Shown in pieces: positions 21,931 through 35,112 of a stretch of 64,000 nt of DNA (within the stretch, counting starts at the first letter, position 1; every line of letters starts with the position of its first letter). Under the pieces are notes generated by a model that saw nothing but the letters and a program-made list of their open reading frames with translations, was not told the origin of the DNA and did not search any database. A program made the translations under genes and the position numbers. Origin of the DNA: Octopus sinensis (lineage: Eukaryota); contig NC_043003.1 of the NCBI RefSeq assembly GCF_006345805.1, forward strand, positions 88,660,001-88,724,000, given 5' to 3'.

Positions 21931-23999
21931 GATACAGCTTCATATTAAGGGATGAGAGGCCTGAACTATAAGAGGTGGGAGTGTCAGTGCAGATTCTTGT
22001 AAAAGATCTGCATGACTATTCAAATCTAGTAGGGGGGAAAAAAAAGAGAAAATGACAGTAGGATATGTAAGAGATAGACGGTTCCATAAGGCACAAGGTG
22101 AGTTGAATCAGTTTGCAAGACTGTATGGGAAGGAGAATGATGGGATGTGCAGGCAGACTTAAGAGTGGATGAACAAGGAGCCACAAGTTGGGGGAGATAA
22201 AGGGATGCAGAAAAGTGAAGTGTGGTGGGGAATGCAGCAGGAGCAATAAAGATGATACAATTGTCAGTGGGGTGAGGACAAGGGAGGGATAACTAAGCAA
22301 GTTTATTGTAAAGTGAATAACTAAGATTTGTTAAAATGGGGAAAAGAGTACTTTGGTGGTGTTAGGTTAACATAAAATTCTAGAAATAATAGAAAATGTA
22401 ATTGTCTCTCATTTTCTTGGAAAGTTTACAACACATACTAATGACAGCTGTAATATTTCCATTATTTTTCTTTTAAAGTACTCTACACATACTTTTCCAA
22501 TGCTGGAATAAGCTGATATGGGACCCTTGGTTTTTTTTTCTTTGTTTTTTTTTGTGGTGGTGCAGTAAAATTTATGGAAAACACTTACCATAGTAGATTG
22601 GTAGTATTTCCCACATCAATAATTGTTACTGTTGTTCTTTAGCCCTAGGTCAAGCTTGAACAAGTAAATCTAGAGTGAAAACTGCTCCAATCATTACCAT
22701 CTGACCAGTTTTGTATATCAGGGGCAATACTGTCTAAAGTGTCATTTCTATTTTAGACAGTAGGATGTGGTCTGTAGGAGATTTGAATGTTAACACAGTG
22801 ATACTGAAGCGAAGTTTAAACTAAGAACTAAATAGTCCAATATATCTATAACTATAAAAGAGAGTTTACATGTGTGTGTATGTGTACGTATGTTCCTTAT
22901 GCACTCCAAAAGCAAGCTGCCAATTTTGACATATGGGGTATCAAAAAATTCAGTACTATTTCCACTACCAGCTCAGCTTTATTTTCAATGACATATTTCT
23001 ATTTACAAAAATTTTTAATTGTAACCTTTTTCCGTAACTCAACTATCGTAAGCATTTTATATGACAACGATGAGATCACATTTTCTATATGGGTGTGTAC
23101 CTTAAAAGATATCCATCATTACAACACACACCTTCACTCTCTCTCGCACACATACACACACGTCCATTTCTTATACACGTACATACATCTTATTTTTACC
23201 GAATGAACAAGTGAAACACAGAATGAGGAAAAGACAAAGAGACAAGAGAAAGAAAGAGACAGAAAACAAGCTTCTATAGGAGAAGTTGAAAGATGGATAG
23301 TGAGTGAAAGACAGATGCCGATGTTTCATACCCTCTGGATGTTCTATAGTTGAAAGTGAAAGAAAGCCAGCACAAAATTGATACTGTATGTTCTATAGGT
23401 GAAGGTGAAAGAAAGCGGCACAAAGAGGAAAGCGGAAGAGAAGGGGACGCTAAGAACCCCAGAAACAAGGTCATGTCATACAATTTTAAGGTCATTTTCA
23501 CTTTTGTCCCATGTTTCACGCATGTGTAGAATTAGGCATTATCTTTCTCTTTCAATTTCTCATTATAATGTACGGAGACATTCTGCTGTTGACATATTAC
23601 AACTTCACTACATTTCCTTCTTTTGGAATTAAGAAAGGTATGTAAAAATAACTTCCTTTGGTGCGCACACACACACACAGAGTCAAAGTTCTGTATGAAT
23701 TATGTTATTTTTTGCTGTGTGCTAAATTACACCTCAAATCCTATGGAAATTATCTTTTCCTATTCTGTCATTCTTGTTTGTGAGGAGCGTATTTCAAAAC
23801 CTGATCTTTCATTTAAACTTACAAGGAAGTTATCTCAGAAACCATGTCCTTTACCTGTTGTTTCTAGCTTGTCTGAGATGACATTTGCGTACTCACCATC
23901 AACTTATTTCTTTCCTTAATTTACTCACATTCCTATATGTTTCCCATACAGGAGATTTGCATTTTGCCCAAAAGTGAGTAGCCGATGAGTGGCTGGGGT

Positions 24000-26073
24000 G
24001 AGGGAAGGGGCATTCAGTATTTCTTTCAGAAAATTTAAAGTTTCAAAAGCAAATTATATTTCCTACACCTCTGTACTTTTCCATGTGCATAAAAAAACAA
24101 AATTCGAAAAACAGTTTAAAATTAGGAAATTTTGGTGAGGAGTGGGGAAATTATAATTCTGAAAACAAGATTTCTGGCCAAAATCGTATTAACCCCATTT
24201 TATTCCATGAAACAGTACATAGTTTGTGATCCTTCTTAAGAACATAAATCACTTGCATGCAAATTGCACCCCTCCCCACTTCACTTCTGGACAAATAATA
24301 ACATCCATTACACCAGTGATCCACTCCACTCTATATCAGCTAACAGAATGCATTACGCTTATCAAGACAGAGCATAGCCAAATCATTCAGTTTACCGCTT
24401 CTCAAAATAATGGTATACAAATTGATATATGCATTTTCACCCCATCTTTTCGTTACTAAAAAATCAAAATATACAATGCACAACTTCAAATTGCTATGTC
24501 TTCCATCTTATATGTTCCTTAATTGTTTGCTCTTTTCAGTCATACCACCAAAACAAAGACATTCTCATTTATCTCCACAAACAAGGGCTGCAAAGAAAAC
24601 TACTATTTGCGGTCAAGAAAACTCACTTCAGCAATATGCGTAATATTTGAAAACAATCACCGACGGCGGAACTTCTGCTCTAAACTACCCATATCGCCTG
24701 GGATGAATACATGATGACACAGTAGAAGACCAAGATTGGTCACTTAGGGATATTAGAAACAGTGCTGCTGTTATGGAGAAGGGGCTTAACTGTTATCCTC
24801 ACAGGGGATTTCCGTTGAACATTACCAGTCATACCATGGAGTACGCGAGCAGTCAACATCTATGTGTGTCTGATTTTTTCACCTCTGTGGAGGTTTATTT
24901 GTCAGCTTTCATCAAGCAACAATATATGAGCTCATCTCTACAACTGAGGGATTCTTTCATCAACTTACACTAATTGGAAATGGTGCTTTAGCGTTGAATA
25001 ACACCCTGCAACAGCATGTATTGCAATGTGGGCACTTGGTGTCTACACTGGCTGAGCTTAAGGGAAAGGTATTTCCCACATTACAAGACAACTTCAAAAA
25101 CATAGCGTGGTTTGCAGAGAGAGCTATTTTAGCACCTCAGAATGAAAGTGTTGATAAAGTAAACCATGAACTCCTCCACATTCTACCTGGAAATGCTTCA
25201 ACGTTTGTCTCCTTTGATACTACCATCGATGAACATGCCACTGTTGACTATCCAGTTGAATTTCTCAACTCTCTACAACCCACAGAACTGCCACTGCATT
25301 AGTTTTTCCTAAAGAAAAGTGCACCAAGGAATTTCAACCACGACTATACAATAGTACATAATTGACTGTAACTACAATGACAAGTCATGTCCTACAAGCA
25401 ACCATTATTACCTGCTGTCATTGAGGAGAGATCACATACATTCCATGCATGCCCCTTATTCATTCAAATGTGTCGTTATAATTCAAGCTCCTCCAGTTCC
25501 CAGTACAATTCTGCTTTGCTATGACAATCAACAAAGCCCAGGGTCATACTTTAAAAATTGTGGGTCTCAATTTACAAATACCCTGCTTTTCTCATGGACA
25601 ACTATATGTCGTATGCTCTTGAGTTAGCAGTGCAGATGACTAGTATATTTATTCTATCAACACTAGGCTTACACAAAACATAGTTTACCCAGAAGCATTG
25701 TCGGCTTCACTGAAATGTACAGTCTGCCCAAACATTTAGAGATGATGATTTTCATAATGAAGCAGCTTTCTTTCTATGTACCTTACTTTCTGCAATATGG
25801 ATACCTCTACGTCCTTATACAGCATCCAATCCTTTAAATCTGTAAATCTAGGGGCAATATTAGAATTTCCTTCTAATTTAAGCTACCATTCTACATGTTT
25901 TTGGTGTCAACAATTTTAACATTGTTCATCACAAAATGACTGAAAAACATGTTTACAAAGAAGTGTTTTTATTTCACACACCTCATGTGCCAATTCTACC
26001 CATAAGAAAGAAACAAATAATACAATGTGGCTGTAAGTCATAACACCTGGGCAACACCGGGATGCATTACTAG
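24000..26073 (+). mobile_element. Helitron remnant (PIF1-like helicase fragments and 3' terminus); 5' boundary uncertain
   Basis: IAWDEYMM (Walker B), RAILAPQNESVDKVN...YPVEFLNSL, and an AMTINKAQG...FSHGQLYV-like segment. Terminal cctgggcaacaccggg hairpin followed by CTAG at 26070-26073. Confidence 0.85.
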
Positions 26074-26106
26074 ATAACTATAAAGATTATTATCATTGAT
26101 ATTTAC

Positions 26107-26181
26107 ATTCTTCTTCAATGCTGATAGAGCTTCCATATCTGCAGCATGCAATATAAGTTCCCTTTGATATTTGTCCTGAGC
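26107..26181 (-). CDS. TPR: TPR exon: AQDKYQRELILHAADMEALSALKKN (TPR/MLP1/MLP2 domain)
   Basis: AG/GT sites. Matches vertebrate AQNKYERELMLHAADVEAL. Confidence 0.97.
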
Positions 26182-27009
26182 CTGAAATGAAACAAAAGAC
26201 GGGTGTAAATACAGACAAAACAATTTATGGAGTTTGAGTGAAAGCAACTGTACTGTCATGCAAAAAGATGATGGTTGTGTAATATGAGAGCAGCTGTTTA
26301 AGATGACAGTAATTGTGGAACATGATGACTGCTGTGCAAGTTTCAGCAATAAAACTGAAAATAAATATGGATTATATTATGTCCAGTCCTATCCAAAAGT
26401 AAATAAGACAATATGACTTCAGTAACAATAAATAACAAATCCTTATTTCTGAATTCAACTAAAATTTTTTGGATGAAATTTTCTAATCATACAAAACAAA
26501 ATATTCAATGGAATAACAGGTTTAGGTTGAAATATGATTGTGTTAGTAGGGTTTGTGTATCCCTATGTCCCAATATACTGGTAAAAGCTTTACTGCAGGG
26601 AGGTGTAATGTGAGGGATCTGGTTGGGCATGCACAACCTTTCACAGAAAGCAGGCTGCATTAAGATATGATCATCATGAGGTGGGCTGTACTACTAAAAA
26701 TATGAAAATTACTGCCAAAAGCTTTGAGTAGCAGCAAAGCAGGTGTACAGCTGATGACAATGTTGTAATGTGAATTCTTTAATATAAAGGCATGACATGA
26801 TGATGAGACCAATATATCATCATAATCCTCACCTCAAAAATAATCTCAAAGTCTTGTTTAATAAGAATTCAGGTTGATACAATACAACAGAACAGAGTTG
26901 TGTTAAGTGTATTCTAAGAAGGAATAGATTCTAATGCTTTGGACCAGGGATCTTTGTCCAAACCTACTTGACATATTACTTTCTACTTTATTTATTCATT
27001 TTTAAAAAA

Positions 27010-28800
27010 TGCTGGAGTACACCTTAAGGGGTTTTAGTCAAACAAGTCAACCCCAGGGCTTATTCTTTGTAAGCCTAGTACTTATTCTATCAGTCTCTTT
27101 TGTTGAATTGTTACGGGGACATAAACACACCAACATTGACTGTCAAGCAATGGTGGAGGGACAAACACAGTCACACACACACACACACATATATATATAT
27201 TAGGGTTATGACATTTTCACAACCTAGTAACCCTATACTGTAATTCGATGAATAATTTCATAAAAGTTAGGAAACTAACATTTTGCTTTATTTGAAAAAA
27301 ATGTCACCCCCAACTTAAGAAATCAATCACCACATTTGACCTAAATGATGCAAAATTCTAAGGGGGTGAGGTTCATAATGCCTGCTCATGTTTTTACCAA
27401 ACTTGGCGTGCTGACTCAATGAAATGCAGAAACTGTATATCCGAAATTTCAGCTTTCTAGTTGAGGTAGTTTCGGAGTTATGGGCTTTTAAAACTATAAT
27501 CACTAGGTGGCACAAGATTCACACTTCAGTGTCTCCACTGCCTAAATCCTTGGAAACACAAGAGAGATATGAAATAAAAGTGTGTTTATACATTTTTAAG
27601 ATTACTAAATTGAAATTACTCTCTGCTATTTTAAGACATAGGCCACTACAAGCATTCAATAACATACACAATTAAAAACAATACATATTTTTGACTTTAT
27701 AGGTTTAATTCCAATTTTAAATAACTGTTTCTCCTCCTTTTTACAAACATTATAAAGATCTTGAAGGCACTTGATTGCTCGTTCTGCATTCTGATTTGTT
27801 CTGGGAATTTCCGGTTTTGATGGTTCTCAACTACAAAAGTTTCTTTTACATAGTTCAATGCTTTTTTATGAATTTGTAGGCTACCACATAACTTCTGATA
27901 ATCATGTGCTTTGAACACTTGGTCAGTAAACCAAAAATCAGCCCAGCTGTAAGAGATGAATCGACAAACATTGAGAAGCAAAACTCTTTTCTCTGGTAGA
28001 AGAATAAATGTAAAAAGAGCTAGTATTGCTTGAGAATTCCATCTTGCATTACATAAGTTGGGTATTTTTTGAAACTTTACAGTAGGAAATTTTCCGGTTT
28101 CTTCCAAGACACGAAAAACTCTGGTCAAATGAAATAGAAATTTCATGTCAACTCGCTGTCCTGCTGATTCAGTAATCTTTTCTTCACTATTATTGTAAGT
28201 AGCCTGGAGTTTCTCATAATTCCTTAGAAGCTCTGGGATGAATGTATATTCAATATTGGGAGATAACTTTTTTTTTTCCAAGGTCGTTATTCATTACAAC
28301 ACGAAGAACTCTATCAGGGATATGATGCTGATAACCAATAAATTATAGTTCTTTCAAACCATTTTGAGCAAACAGTATTTGCAACTGAATGGCTATGCCA
28401 TTTCTTTCCCCAGTGTTCATGCTCATATCAACGACAATCATCTTTACACAGTTCCATAGGCATTATGTAGCCCACTAAAATTTTGCATGATTTGGGTCAA
28501 AAGTGGTGTTATATTTCTTCAGTAGGAGGTGACGTCTTTTTTAAAAAAACCTTAAAATATTTTCCCTACTTATATGAAATTGTTTACTTCCAAAAAAATC
28601 AAAATGTCATAACCCTAACATATATATATGAAGGGTTTCTTTCAGTTTCCATTTACCAAATCCACTCACAAGGCTTTGGTTGGCCTGAGGCTATAATAGA
28701 AGACGCCTGCCTGCCCAAGGTGTCATGCAGTGGGACTGAACCCGGAACTATGTGGTTGGTAAGAAAGCTTCTTATCACACAGCCATGCCTGCGCCTATTT
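27010..28800 (-). mobile_element. tRNA-derived SINE split by a DNA transposon inserted in its internal (TA)n
   Basis: 3' half at 27010-27200 and 5' half at 28618-28800; both match the SINE at 45457-45850. Confidence 0.8.
27201..28617 (-). mobile_element. hAT-like DNA transposon, internally deleted
   Basis: Perfect 17-bp TIRs tagggttatgacatttt; flanks atatatat/acatatat (8-bp TSD-like). Transposase fragment 27697-28281 with KFQKIPNLCNARWNSQAILAL. Confidence 0.8.
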
Positions 28801-28916
28801 GTACATGACCACCATTTCACCTGTTTTTCAGGTATAATTCAAATAGGACTACATTATATTATGTGTCTTCAGCCCACAACCCTTTAATGTCAAATTATAG
28901 ATAAGCAAAACAATAC

Positions 28917-29051
28917 CTCTGCAGCCAATTTAATCTGGTTCTCATATCCTTCCCGAGCAGCTTGCTCATTACTTATGGCTGTCTTTCGGCTCTGGATAGC
29001 TTCCTGTAGTTCATTCTGGAGGTTTGAGAGTTGCTTACGAAGGTCAGAAAC
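28917..29051 (-). CDS. TPR: TPR exon: VSDLRKQLSNLQNELQEAIQSRKTAISNEQAAREGYENQIKLAAE
   Basis: AG/GT sites. Matches vertebrate [34 protein letters not shown]. Confidence 0.97.
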
Positions 29052-30169
29052 CTGTTCATAGGATGAAAATGATAAAAACAAAGTTTGCTTTAGCTATCAT
29101 GCACAAATAAACAGGAACTAAAGACAACAACATTAGAGAAAAACGCAAAATGACATGTTGTAAAATCTTTGTTAAAGGAGTCAAAAACTCTGATGAGGAT
29201 GAATATAATTTTGAAGCTAACAAGGCTCTACAGTAAAAGTGTCCTAACTAGATACTGAGAAGTGATTAGTATAATCGCTATAAGTTGATGTATTTAATTA
29301 CATATTTTATATACACATCTCTACCAATACAGCTAGTCAAAAGACAATGGGACATCACTGAATAAAGCAAAAAAGTTTACGTGCTGGTCTCCTTACAGTT
29401 TTTTTCATTGATTCGTAGTCCCCTATGAAATGCAGGTTAATTAACATGAAAAAAATGACATACATTTATGTACCATAACTTCTGGACTATGAACTGCACT
29501 GACCATAGACCCACAACCATGAAAACCACAATTTAATCCATGCAATACCCTATTGGGATACAATGAATACACATGAAAATATGGAGAATCAGCTGATCAA
29601 TTAGTTACAACACAAACGAAATGAAAACAGTCTAAAAATATCCTCAGCATCTGGTATTAACAACTGTGTAAGACCCATTTATGTCCATTTGGTAGAAGGA
29701 AATCGCAGGTCATATACTGAAAACTGAAGAAATCTGAAGTGCATATGAGCGTTGTTTTGTCCGTACATAAACCTCCGTGAATACTGTTCGGTCAGAACAC
29801 GTTGCCATGAAGAATACTGTTCGGTCAGAACACGTTGCCATGAAGAACAATCACACCTCATAAAGCCCAGTCATCATGTGGGATGAGAAAGAGTGTCTGG
29901 CAAAGGGCAAAGTCATGCAGGAAGTTGCACCAACGAGGACAGGCAAACATGTAGATTGCAATGGTGGAGTTGTGAATCATGTGAGCGTAGAATACTGACA
30001 GCACATGCACAATCCACCATTATACCTGTATATTTTCCTTGGGTCAATAACACTTGTTGTACAAGTGTGATTAGCAAACAAGTGTGTAAGAAGTCAACAA
30101 CAAAAAAGGATGATAGCATGTGAGAAATTGAAAGTCTTGAAATTTTTAAACTGTCTCAAGCCACCCATT

Positions 30170-30241
30170 TTCACAATACAGTCCCTCTAAAATTTCTTCA
30201 TAGTCCCCCAGGGGACTGCAGACCCCAGTTTGAAAACCACT
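30170..30241. mobile_element. hAT (Charlie-like) terminal fragment
   Basis: ccccagtttgaaaaccactg is a typical CAGTGGTTTTCAAACTGGGG end; the partner end was not found. Confidence 0.45.
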
Positions 30242-30680
30242 GGAATAGCACCTCTAGATAACAACAGGACCTGAGAAAATGGCTGATACTGCTGCTTATA
30301 TCAGACACACAATCAAGACTGCAAGATATTAAATTAGTGATAATGTTTGGCTATTTACATAAGTTTTACGGATCAGCATAATTTGCACAATAATTTTTAA
30401 TTCCATCAACAGTTAACAATATATTTAAACACTTAAAACAATGGAAACAGGTTGAAGAGACAGAATTAAAGAAGTAAATTTGTAAGTTTTGAACTTGTTA
30501 GTTCTCTTCCTAAATCTCACATCCTGACATATATTTGGCTGGAGATTTATTTACCTCTAATAGTAAACATAGCAAGATCACTCACAAGTGTGGTTTACTT
30601 TTGTCATTCTTAGATGAAGAAGATTGTTGTATCAGGTTACTGTAGTCAAAAAAGATTGAATATGAACAGAGCAATACCAC

Positions 30681-30756
30681 TTGAAGACTATCCTGTACAT
30701 AGGAGGAGACTGAAGTCTCCTCCTATGTACAGGATAGACCGAAATATTTCGAGGGG
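30681..30756 (+). ncRNA. Degenerate hammerhead-like motif around a perfect 23-bp hairpin
   Basis: TTGAAGA-[ctatcctgtacataggaggagac-tgaa-gtctcctcctatgtacaggatag]-acc-GAAA-tatttc; stem I is poor. Confidence 0.4.
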
Positions 30757-30856
30757 AAAACTTGAACTCAACACAACTTACGGCACTGGTTGCTTCCACT
30801 AGAAAGCTGAGTATCCACGGTGTCTATCTATCTGTGTCTATCTATCTATGACTTAA

Positions 30857-32124
30857 CCCTTTCATTACCAAACCGCCCAAAAATTTTGGTTCATGTGACC
30901 AAGCCGACCAAACCTGCCCATATTTACCTATTCATATTTAAATGAGAATATGAGAGCAAATCTCTTTAGTACATTCGTGAAAACACGTGATTATACTTCG
31001 TAAACAGTTCATCTACAGTTTTGTACAAAAATCGAAGTGTAATTTTAATTCCGTGAATTTTGGGAGATTTTTTTCCGAAATTTGTTCCTATTGTGTTTTC
31101 AAAATTTGTAATTCTGACAAAAAATGGATACGAATTTCGTTATATCAAGCAGAGAGTCAGAATTCGAAGGATTTTCTACTGAAGACCTTCATAAATCTAA
31201 CTCTATGACTGAAAAAAACAAAGCACGTGGTATTTGATAATGAATCCGATGTTTCATTTTCCGAAAATGAAAGCAGTGAATCCGAGAGCTCCGACAGCAA
31301 TAAAGAAAATGAATTGGCACCTGAATGGAGTGAAAATTTAAAAACTGTTTCTTTCAGTGATTTTTCTGAAGAAACTGGACCAAGCCACAGTCTTTCCCAG
31401 GAGAGTAAAGCCTTAGACTATTTCTTTTTACTTTTTCGAATAAGCCTATTTGAAATCATTACAGCGGAAACGAACCGTTACGCTAAATGTAAACAAAGCG
31501 AAAGAAAGGATAGTTTGTTATTTCCCACAACCTTAAATGAAATTAAGGCCTATTTTGCCATAAATATAATTATGGGTATCAGAAAGTTACCCATAAATAT
31601 TATTATGGGTATCAGAAAGTTACCCATAAATATTATGTGTATCAGAAAATTACGGCAGAAACGAACCTTTACGCTAAATGTAAACAAAGCGAAAGAAAGG
31701 ATAGTTTGTGGTTTCCCACAACCTTAAATGAAATTAAGGCCTATTTTGCCATAAATATTATTATCGGTATCAGAAAGTTATCCAGAATAACAAATTCTAT
31801 AGTAAAATTTTGTTGTATACCCAATTGAATATTAGCTAATAACCCATTTTCAATAGTTATGTTTGAACAAAAATTTTAATAATTTTATATTTTGTTGAAT
31901 TTACCTGTATCTACCTGCAATTAGAGTCACTTTGTGACAAAAATTATAGTATAGAATTGGTTGAGAACATTTCATTAAATTATCTTCCAAAAATCACATT
32001 AATATATTGATAAATAAAAAAGTTATAGTTGTTTAATGAAACCAGACTAAATTTATGATTATGTTAGAAATTAATTGAAACACATAAGAGGTGTATTTTG
32101 GTCAGAAATATAGTAACGAAAGGG
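30857..32124 (+). mobile_element. Non-autonomous piggyBac element with an N-terminal transposase fragment
   Basis: TTAA at 30853-30856 and 32125-32128; TIRs ccctttcattacc / agtaacgaaaggg. ORF 31227-31727 has LDYFFLLF...IITAETNRYA...TTLNEIKAYFAINIIMGIRKLP. Confidence 0.92.
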
Positions 32125-32689
32125 TTAAAGGACTAAATCAGAAAATGCTAGCTGCCTTGGTCATAAACACAAGTAATAAGGTATGAACTGCTAACCCTTC
32201 AGCCTCCATCCACCTCCCTTTTTTTTAAGGTTTACATGATTTAATCAGATGAAGGGCAACATTTGTAATACTTTACAGAGTCTTGGAGGTTGGTGAAAGG
32301 AAGTTATCCTCAGGTTGAGCATCTGGTCTGAATGCATTCAATAAAGGCACTACAGGGTTACATGGTGGTGCTAAGCTATATAATGGATTAAATCTAACAC
32401 TCAAACACAAGAATGTTTCCTTTGACAGACTTTCACCATCCACAGCTCGTTCATAAGGCTTTGGTCAATTTAAAGCTATAATAGAAGTACTTGCCAAACA
32501 TTACAATGCTAGAGCCCCAATGAACACTACCAACTGCAACTAATAAAGGAATACAATGTGACAATGATATTCTCCATACACTACAATTAGCTGAGGTTCT
32601 ATCAAGAAACGCTTATCATATTCTAAAATTGACAGACTATGTATGCAATTTTAATTTACCAAATTGACTTACCTGACTTGCTTGTGTAT

Positions 32690-33344
32690 GTACAACTTGC
32701 CCATGCACACACAGCTTATGCTACATGGCAGTAAAACATGGGCTATGATTACAGAGGACTTGTAAAAGTTAGTATGCTCTATTCGATGGGTAATGTCAGT
32801 ATGCACACATGACAGAGTGTAAATGATTTAAGAGGAAAACTGGGCGTAAGAAGCATCAGATGTGTGCAAGAGAGAAGACTGTGCTGGTTTGGTCATGTGA
32901 TATGTATGGATGAGGACAGCTGTATAAAGAAATGCTGAGCTCTAATTGTAAAGGGAAGACCCAGGGAGACATGGGACGAATTGATGAGAAAAGATCTTCA
33001 GATGCTGGGCCTCATTAAGAAAATGACAAGGGACCAGGAGTTATGATGATTGGCTGTATTTGAGAAGATGCATCAAGCTAAGTAAAATTGTGGTCATTCA
33101 TACATATAGGTTTGTCCTTTAAAGGTGCTGGTGCATAGAAAATGCATCCTTGCTGGTGCTGTCTAAATGCACCCATGCCATTGATATGTAAGATGCACTC
33201 AGCACACGCTGTAAAAGGGTTTGCATTAGGAACAGCATCCAGCCATAGAAACCATACCTCAACAGCTCCCTGGCTGGCCTGCTCTAGCTCCTGTCAAACT
33301 GTCCAACCCATGCCAGCAAAAACACATTAAACAATGATGATGAC
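32690..33344 (+). mobile_element. Degenerate RTE LINE 3' fragment
   Basis: LCWFGHVICMDED-like segment; 3' tail ...cattaaacaatgatgatgac. Confidence 0.8.
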
Positions 33345-33348
33345 TTAC

Positions 33349-33446
33349 CATTTTGTGTTTCTCCTCTGATAATTTTGTATTGTCTTCATTCAAGTACTGT
33401 TTCTCTTTCTCCAGTTTTTCAATTATTTTGTCTTTGCTTTCATTAG
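33349..33446 (-). CDS. TPR: TPR exon: (A)NESKDKIIEKLEKEKQYLNEDNTKLSEEKHKM
   Basis: AG/GT sites; phase 1-0 consistent with neighbours. Confidence 0.93.
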
Positions 33447-33668
33447 CTACAGATTAAAGAATTAAAATCCAAATAACAATACATATATGAAATTGAAAAT
33501 TAAATCTAATTTCATAAAATTATTAAATATTTATTATTATTAACATAATTAACTATATAGTCAATGACTACAGAAACAGTTGCAATGTGAAATAATAACA
33601 GTTTTACTGTAATAAGAATTTAACCAAACTAACCAATAAACTTTACAATAAAATAGAAATCTACAAAC

Positions 33669-33723
33669 CTTCTTTGAGAGTTTCCAACTTCTTTTCAGCA
33701 TTTTGGTTGAAATTTTCACTTGC
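33669..33723 (-). CDS. TPR: TPR exon: ASENFNQNAEKKLETLKE
   Basis: AG/GT sites; phase 0-1 is required to keep the frame. Confidence 0.88.
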
Positions 33724-34236
33724 CTTGAAAAGTGTTCATAAAAATAAATTACAATACCAATTTGATAACTACTGCAAATAGCTATTTCAACTATTTAGAT
33801 ATATAAAAAAAAACCCTTATCATAAAACATCAACCATTAAATCAAATCAACACTATGTAAAGTATTATAATATTATTGATAAATATTATTTTGTCAGAGA
33901 AATCAGCTTTTCCCTCAACAATATGTGACAGTTTGACTGAAGAGTGAGAAACATTTCAAAACTGTGAGGCTGATACATAAAAGAAAAACAAAATAGTGAA
34001 ACAATAAATTAAATTAAATGTGTATGGAAGATCTATAAACTCTTAATTATTTGCTTGAATAGTATGTATTGCATCAGAAACAAAGACAAAAGTTCCCAGG
34101 TCAGTTTTTACAGTAAAGTATGGACTAGAAATACAATCTTTGTCTCCTTAATAGAGAAATAAAAAATCATTTCTCAATAAAATCTTTGAAACAAAATTTA
34201 TATAATGAAAACAAAATTCATTAAATTTTTTTTTAC

Positions 34237-34331
34237 CTTGTTCTGATCTTTTAAACTATTTTCCAGGCTTTCAGAGATAGCTTTGTACTGATCTACATGT
34301 TTTCGACTCTTTTCCAACTGTTCTTTCAAAC
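34237..34331 (-). CDS. TPR: TPR exon: (G)LKEQLEKSRKHVDQYKAISESLENSLKDQNK
   Basis: AG/GT sites. Matches vertebrate [26 protein letters not shown]. Confidence 0.95.
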
Positions 34332-34872
34332 CTATAATAAGAGCAAGAACAATTAGAAACTAGTAGTTTTGCTGTGTTCTTTTTGATATTCAAAAAGCTT
34401 TAACCTGTGGACATTTGGCTACAGATGAATATAGATAAAGATATCCATGTAGTTCTTATATATCACATGGAAACCTAGTAAGTGTTAATGCATTTAATGA
34501 ATAACACATTAAAAAACTGATGGAAAAATTGTATTCTGTGGCAATTAAAAGTAATATTAAGCATTGACTAATATTGTTTTAGTTGTTACCACATACCTAA
34601 TCAAGTTATTAATGCATCTTACCTTCTATTTTCATGTGAATGGTGTGTTTGTATTATTCAATCTATTGTATTTCTTGTCTATCTATTGGTGTATGTGTGT
34701 GTGTCTATATATATATATATTTTCAGTAAAAACAATTAAGATTCAAGTGAGTTCCAATGAATTCACATGAATGTGGTACTTAACTTAGATGCACCAGAAA
34801 TCTATATGGTATTAACCATAAAATAATGTGGGGTGATTATAAACAAGAAAAAAGTAACAAGAATGGATTAGT

Positions 34873-34966
34873 TGTTCAGTACAATTGTTTCATACGAAGA
34901 ACAGCTTTATTAAAAGCTACAAATATTGCAGTAAATACAAGTGTCCCGTATTCATCAGCCAAAACA
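34873..34966 (-). ncRNA. Type I hammerhead ribozyme on the TPR sense strand (predicted cleavage between 34880 and 34879)
   Basis: Minus strand reads tgttttgg-CTGATGA-[atacg...cgtat]-GAAA-CAATTG-TA-ctgaaca. Core intact; stem III is the palindrome ACAATTGT; stem II is long and branched. Confidence 0.75.
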
Positions 34967-35112
34967 CATGAGTTTTCCAAACATCCTAGTAGGTGAGGCT
35001 ACACTCATGAAGTATCAAAGAGAATTCTATAAAAAGCAAAGAATTTATAGAATTCTCTTCGATACTTCATGAGTGTAGCCTCACCCCCTAGGATGTTTGG
35101 AAAACTCATATG

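Noticed and set aside
29779-29848. Tandem 35-bp duplication aatactgttcggtcagaacacgttgccatgaag
   Set aside because: Simple two-copy local duplication within a decayed DNA-transposon region.
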